The notes under the pieces are model-generated. The model was not told where the DNA came from, did not search any database, and saw only the letters and a program-made list of their open reading frames with translations. Positions 59,303 to 64,000 of a stretch of 64,000 nucleotides of DNA are shown here, piece by piece. A program made the position numbers and the translations under genes. The stretch is taken from assembly GCA_012295275.1 (NCBI GenBank), contig CM022670.1:12152001-12216000 (forward strand), given 5' to 3'. Positions within the stretch are counted from its first letter, which is position 1. Each line of letters starts with the position of its first letter. The DNA comes from Chrysomallon squamiferum (taxonomy: Eukaryota > Animalia > Mollusca).

Positions 59303-59337
<35 letters not shown>

Positions 59338-59675
59338 AACAAAAAGGAAAATCCTTGTTTGAAGAAAACATAAGCCTCAGCAAATCGTCAACCTTTATTT
59401 CCTCTTTACCATGAATCTGGGCTTATTGCTTTCAAAATTTCTATCAGCTATTTTTGGATAATGTTTCCTCAATACTTTTTGATATGACAGTTAATTTGGC
59501 TTGTCAATAATAATAATCGATATAATACGAAAACACAGGAATGAAATCGTGAAAATCTGATAAAATAATAAATAAATAGCAGAAGTAGCTGTAGAGGTAG
59601 TTGTAGTAGTAGTAGTAGTATCTGTGTAGTAGTAAAATAATAAGCGATAACAAAGTAATAGCAGGTATAGCAATT

Positions 59676-59707
<32 letters not shown>

Positions 59708-60738
59708 CAAAAATAGACACGTACACACGTACGGACGATATATATATATATATACACCTGTGAAATAAAATAAAGAATTAAAAATAAAGAATAAATCTGT
59801 ATTTAACACAAGCACACACAGACAGACACACCCCCATACACACATACAAACACCTATGAAATAAAATAAAGAATTAAAAGTTTATAAAACGAATCTATAT
59901 TTAACATTTACTTCTAAAGCTGTAATAACTCTGTAGCATAAATAGTAACAGTAGCAGCAGTGATAATGACAGTAGTAGTACCAGAAGTTGCAACAGTAGT
60001 AGATGTATCAATAGTAAGTATTGATCATTATCATAATGATGGTGTTGATAGGTGCTGATAATGATGATCTTGATGTTGATGGTGATGTTTGTATTTACAG
60101 GTACAGTTTGACGGTTTGACGGGTAGAGTGGCGTTTGACTCAAAAGGTTTTAGGTACAACTACAGACTGAATGTGATGAGAATTAGTCTAAATAGAAATA
60201 CTGAAAAGGTAAGTATCACGTAAATTATAGTGTCTGATGTGTGTATGTATGTATGAGATGATATGTGTGTGTGTGTGTGATTAGTAAAGTTGTATGTGTT
60301 GTTAAGGCACTATCTTTATGTGTGTGGTATAAATGTATGTATGTATGTGTACGTGTATATATATGTATGTATGTAATATTCACATTTATACACCATATAC
60401 ACATAAAGATATAGAGAGACAGACAGGAGTGTACATAAATACAAACATAGAATTATATATATAGATCTTTATGTTTGTCTGCTGTATGTCTGTAACTATT
60501 ACTGTCTTTTTATTTGTGACTGCACGATTCTGTTTAGTTCAGATTGTACACAAACTAATTAAGATACTATTTTATTAGTAAAATAAATAAAACATAATTA
60601 TATTTGTGTATTTAGATAGGGGAGTGGAGTTCAGGACTAGGATTAAAAAGCGTGTATAACGATGAAGATGAGAAGTGGACAAACATCACAACCAAACCAG
60701 TCGTGGAAAGATTCGAGAAGGTCGTCGTGTCCATACTG
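29097..60738 (+). CDS. Ionotropic glutamate receptor, AMPA-type (invertebrate GluR1/GluA-like): exons 1-9 cover the signal peptide, LIVBP-like amino-terminal domain and start of S1; continues beyond the window; apparent 1-bp frameshift in exon 3
   Basis: Exons 29097-29181 (MDFVVRWILLSLMFLLPKVVTFTGFIPI), 32475-32627 (GAIFDGEADV...DINDNFMVASK), 39588-39835 (ICSQMAGGV[fs]AFFGST...SFSQTFQMPYIS...MKPEMTDAIVDMISAFDWKHLDYLYDSDD), 45057-45253 (GLRRLQYIY...NVIIDL...ILKQ), 54098-54151 (IPEVGMNRYGYNYLLCTL), 54988-55149 (RFQHGGVNVTGFQLVN...WPGAG), 55588-55791 (VDAALAIDAVE...FRRGSIYN...GIPCTTRPVLPWMHGKALYRALKR), 60101-60208 (VQFDGLTGRVAFDSKGFRYNY), 60616-60738 (IGEWSSGLG...VVVSIL). All introns are GT-AG with matching phases. 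In-frame ATGs also lie at 29040 and 29049. Confidence 0.93.
30556..30663. repeat. (CA)n(CT)n compound microsatellite
   Basis: Visible directly. Confidence 0.9.
31673..31747. repeat. 75-bp near-perfect palindrome (inverted repeat) in GluR intron 1
   Basis: attgtcgacattaatctaca ... tgtagattaatgtcgacaat are perfect 20-bp reverse complements. The inner arms also pair, with one mismatch and one bulge. Confidence 0.9.
31780..32370. repeat. Degenerate tandem repeat of about 30-35 bp upstream of GluR exon 2
   Basis: Recurring aaaatactgacatatatttatagattgat(g/a)(c/t)ag-like units. Confidence 0.65.
36046..36240. repeat. Compound poly-A/(AAAAT)/(AGAAT)/(AAAT)/(GAA) simple repeat
   Basis: Visible directly. 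Confidence 0.85.
39241..39572. repeat. About 330-bp (TTA/TTG)n microsatellite immediately upstream of the GluR exon 3 acceptor
   Basis: Visible directly; it produces the poly-L/N/I ORFs. Confidence 0.92.
42660..42780. repeat. (TAC)/(CAC) trinucleotide microsatellite
   Basis: Visible directly. Confidence 0.85.
45299..46190. repeat. About 68-bp minisatellite (about 8-9 units) just downstream of GluR exon 4, interrupted by a MITE
   Basis: Unit close to cagagtatagaataatataatttaaactttatctgagaaagtttcgtattaacagaacaatctctgta. Confidence 0.9.
45381..45717. mobile_element. 337-bp non-autonomous DNA transposon (MITE), probably Tc1/mariner-pogo type
   Basis: Left end cagataccggaccaattatcc against the reverse complement of the right end caggtatcggaccaattatcc (about 21-bp imperfect TIR, CAG...CTG termini). 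It is inserted at the TA of gtatagaaTAatataattt in a minisatellite unit (right flank TA; left flank reads TT). Confidence 0.8.
52683..52745. repeat. (TTA)n microsatellite
   Basis: Visible directly. Confidence 0.9.
55213..55297. repeat. (GA)n microsatellite in GluR intron 6
   Basis: Visible directly. Confidence 0.9.
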
Positions 60739-60784
60739 GTCAGTGGTCATTAATTACAATTTCGTAATTAAAAACATACAAGCA

Positions 60785-60819
<35 letters not shown>

Positions 60820-60949
60820 AGAAGGAACAGTTTATAGATAAACACAGTCATAATTCAGACAAATATATATTTAGCGCCTAGAATTTTTTTTATGTATGAA
60901 TATGTAAATAGTATTATGTGGAACTAAACGAAACAATTACGTAGGACTG

Positions 60950-61030
60950 ATTTGGAAGAAGAAAACACAGCCATTGGAGGAATTGATCCCGTGACTTATC
61001 GCAATTTCTTTATCCAGCTTCGTGAGTTAA
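60950..61030 (-). mobile_element. Possible degenerate tRNA-derived SINE head
   Basis: The reverse complement of ggaattgatcccgtgacttatcgca gives a B-box-like gggatcaattcc. The element is highly decayed and its family is not verified. Confidence 0.25.
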
Positions 61031-61305
61031 AATAAAATAAAATAAAAACAAAATAAAGTTCAAGAGTGCAAAATTAGAAAGGTCCAGTGCAGCGTATTTC
61101 ACAAGACGCAATCAGTTAATGAGATCTTGTTTGTATTTGACACGTGTCAACTAGTCTCGTGGGTATTACGAGTTCCACTGGCGGCTTGTTTCAAATTTGA
61201 GAAACTATAAAGAATAACGTGTCGTACGTCAGTTTGTTAAATGCTATTATTTTACAGTAGCAAGATCAGCTCAGAATTAAATCATCTGATTAAAAAGTCA
61301 CAGAT

Positions 61306-61462
<157 letters not shown>

Positions 61463-61627
61463 TTCTCTATCTCTCATTTAACATATTACCTGATTATAGA
61501 GATTAACGGTAATATATATTTATATCTATCTCATTTCCCCCTTCACCGTTTCTAACGCCTCTCTTTCTTCTCTTTGGAGAGTGTATGTATTTGTGCCTGT
61601 ATATGGATCTAAGAGAAACACAGTGAG

Positions 61628-61701
<74 letters not shown>

Positions 61702-62372
61702 GGAAGTAATGGACACATTTACATTTACACAAACATCAAAGTGTAAGTCAGAAATATTGAGAAACATCCACAGTCAATTCCGTTTAATCGAATCTCATGT
61801 TGACAACCCTCCTCACAGACGTGTGATATAGAGTCTTTGTGACGTCTGAATCCAGGCTATTTAGACATTTTGTCATCAGGACCAATAAGTCTTTACCCTT
61901 TCACTCTCCGCGGCGTTCGATTGATTTGCTTTCTGTGTTTGATATCTTTAAGTACCGTGTCCAGTCGATCTGCTGCCTGCTGGTGCTGGGACGCTCAGAG
62001 TGTGTGGACAAAATCACGAAGCAGGAGTCACGTATCTCTGACCTCCGATGTTTATTCGACTCAGAGAATTGGACGAATGTTAATAGTGATCGTATTAAAA
62101 AAAACCTTTACCAGTTTGTTTTGTTCATGGTCCTGTTTATATTGTTTTCTTCATGCTGCTTTTTTTTTTTTTTGTCCCTCTTTTACGATCTGAATGTTTT
62201 TATTTCAGGCTGTTTGTCTACCTACATAACATTCCTATGTCGTTTCTGTATACATTTCTTTCTTTCTTCTACTCTTGTCCACCACTATAACATTTATTTA
62301 AACTGTTATTTTCTTTACTCAAAAATGTACCAAGTTCTCTGAAAAATTTAAATATGTTTATCTCTGTGTGTG

Positions 62373-62440
<68 letters not shown>

Positions 62441-63171
62441 AAAACAGAATAAACAGATATAAAATATATATAAATAACCAACGGACTAATTATAGAAATG
62501 ATATTTATGGTTTACTATCTTAAAGAAATTAGATTAACGCCTTTAAATATATCAGATTCTCTGAAAAATTCTTATATATTATATAATTAAATAAAACTAC
62601 AACAAACAAACGAACAAACTAGTAATACCAAACGGACTGTAATTCTAAAAATAATATTTATGGTTTACAGTTTTAAAGAAAATTAGAGTATCGCCTTCAA
62701 GAACAATAATGGTTATCTGGCAGCATACAAAGTGTACAAAAGAAGCAGAAAGGAACGAAATATTATATGCCACATTTTAGTTTTGTCGTTATTTGAAAAT
62801 GTCCAGTCATTGATCACTTACTCCTGTAGGATTTGTTTTTCAATCATTCTAAAAATATAACGAGCGGAGAGAATCTATCGGGAACCGATATATAGAAAAT
62901 ATAAATTGAAATAACATGATACGTCTCTCAGAATTGATAAATCGGTATTTCATACATCATTAGACTGCAAAATTTTCAAATATTGAATTCCAGTCATACG
63001 TGTAGTAACTGTATCGCTAACTGAAATCAGATTATGATGCATATCTATGTATATAAATATAATCTTTCTTCACATATACTAATACATAATGTATTTACGA
63101 AATCAGATTTTGTTCACACGAATACACTACAGCCTTCTCCATACTCTCTTTTATCTAAATTATCTTTTTAA

Positions 63172-63350
<179 letters not shown>

Positions 63351-64000
63351 CAGAAGCACATTCCAGCGGTTTGACCACGTTTGCTACCGTTAAATGGGGT
63401 GTTTTCATAACCGCCCTGAGATCGATCTGTCTGCATTCTGTACAACCATCCAGACAAATATCTTTATCCATTGTGCAAACGTAATCAATACGAAACAGAT
63501 GTGACATTTATCACTTTGTTCATTTTGGTTGAAATAATAACAGGATTTGTATGAGGAATCCGTTTGTGAATGAATCCAAGACGAAGAACATAACGTATCA
63601 CTGGAAACAATGTTTAGACAGCCGCTACGGTTGTCTCCTAGTACTAGGGTAGAAAAAAAATGTGTACGTTCAAGAAAAAGAATACTGTACACATTGCACA
63701 CTAAAGATAAAAATCTTGAAAAAGTAAATACATATAGCTTATAGATGTTAGGAGGTACAAACAACACAATTTGAACACTTTTTAATAACTAACTAATCTT
63801 TTAACATTTAGAAAATAGACCTGTGAAATCAGTCCTTGATAGATTTGACATGACTGTCTATTCATTCATAAGGCATATTCATACATCACTGTTCTAATAT
63901 TTATTGTACATACATTTTGAGTTTTTATTTGAGTCACATGCTCTTTAGCTAAAGAAAATACTGCATTGATTTGTTGTTACGACAACGATTTCAACATAAC

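Overview
AT-rich, microsatellite-dense animal genomic DNA, probably an invertebrate (a mollusc is my inference from the protein sequences and repeat landscape). It is not prokaryotic, and almost all short ORFs in the track are microsatellite noise. I rebuilt four spliced genes by hand. (1) The 3' end of a DOCK-C (DOCK6/7/8) GEF gene (+, <1..3678), with one GC-AG intron. (2) A complete 11-exon protoporphyrinogen oxidase PPOX (-, 7945..13965, 475 aa). (3) A DDIAS/noxin-like gene head-to-head with PPOX (+, 15403..20857). (4) The first 9 exons (signal peptide plus amino-terminal domain) of an AMPA-type ionotropic glutamate receptor (+, 29097..>60738), which continues past the window. Main oddities: two apparent 1-bp-deletion frameshifts (DDIAS near 20372; GluR exon 3 near 39614, where a cryptic acceptor would restore the frame); intronic minisatellites built from duplicated 3' splice sites, the DDIAS one looking like an array of stop-containing pseudo-microexons; a TIR-bounded MITE nested in a minisatellite; a 75-bp near-perfect palindrome; and a perfect kappaB site in the PPOX/DDIAS divergent promoter. 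I found no clearly new biological system. The splice-site minisatellites are the best candidate.
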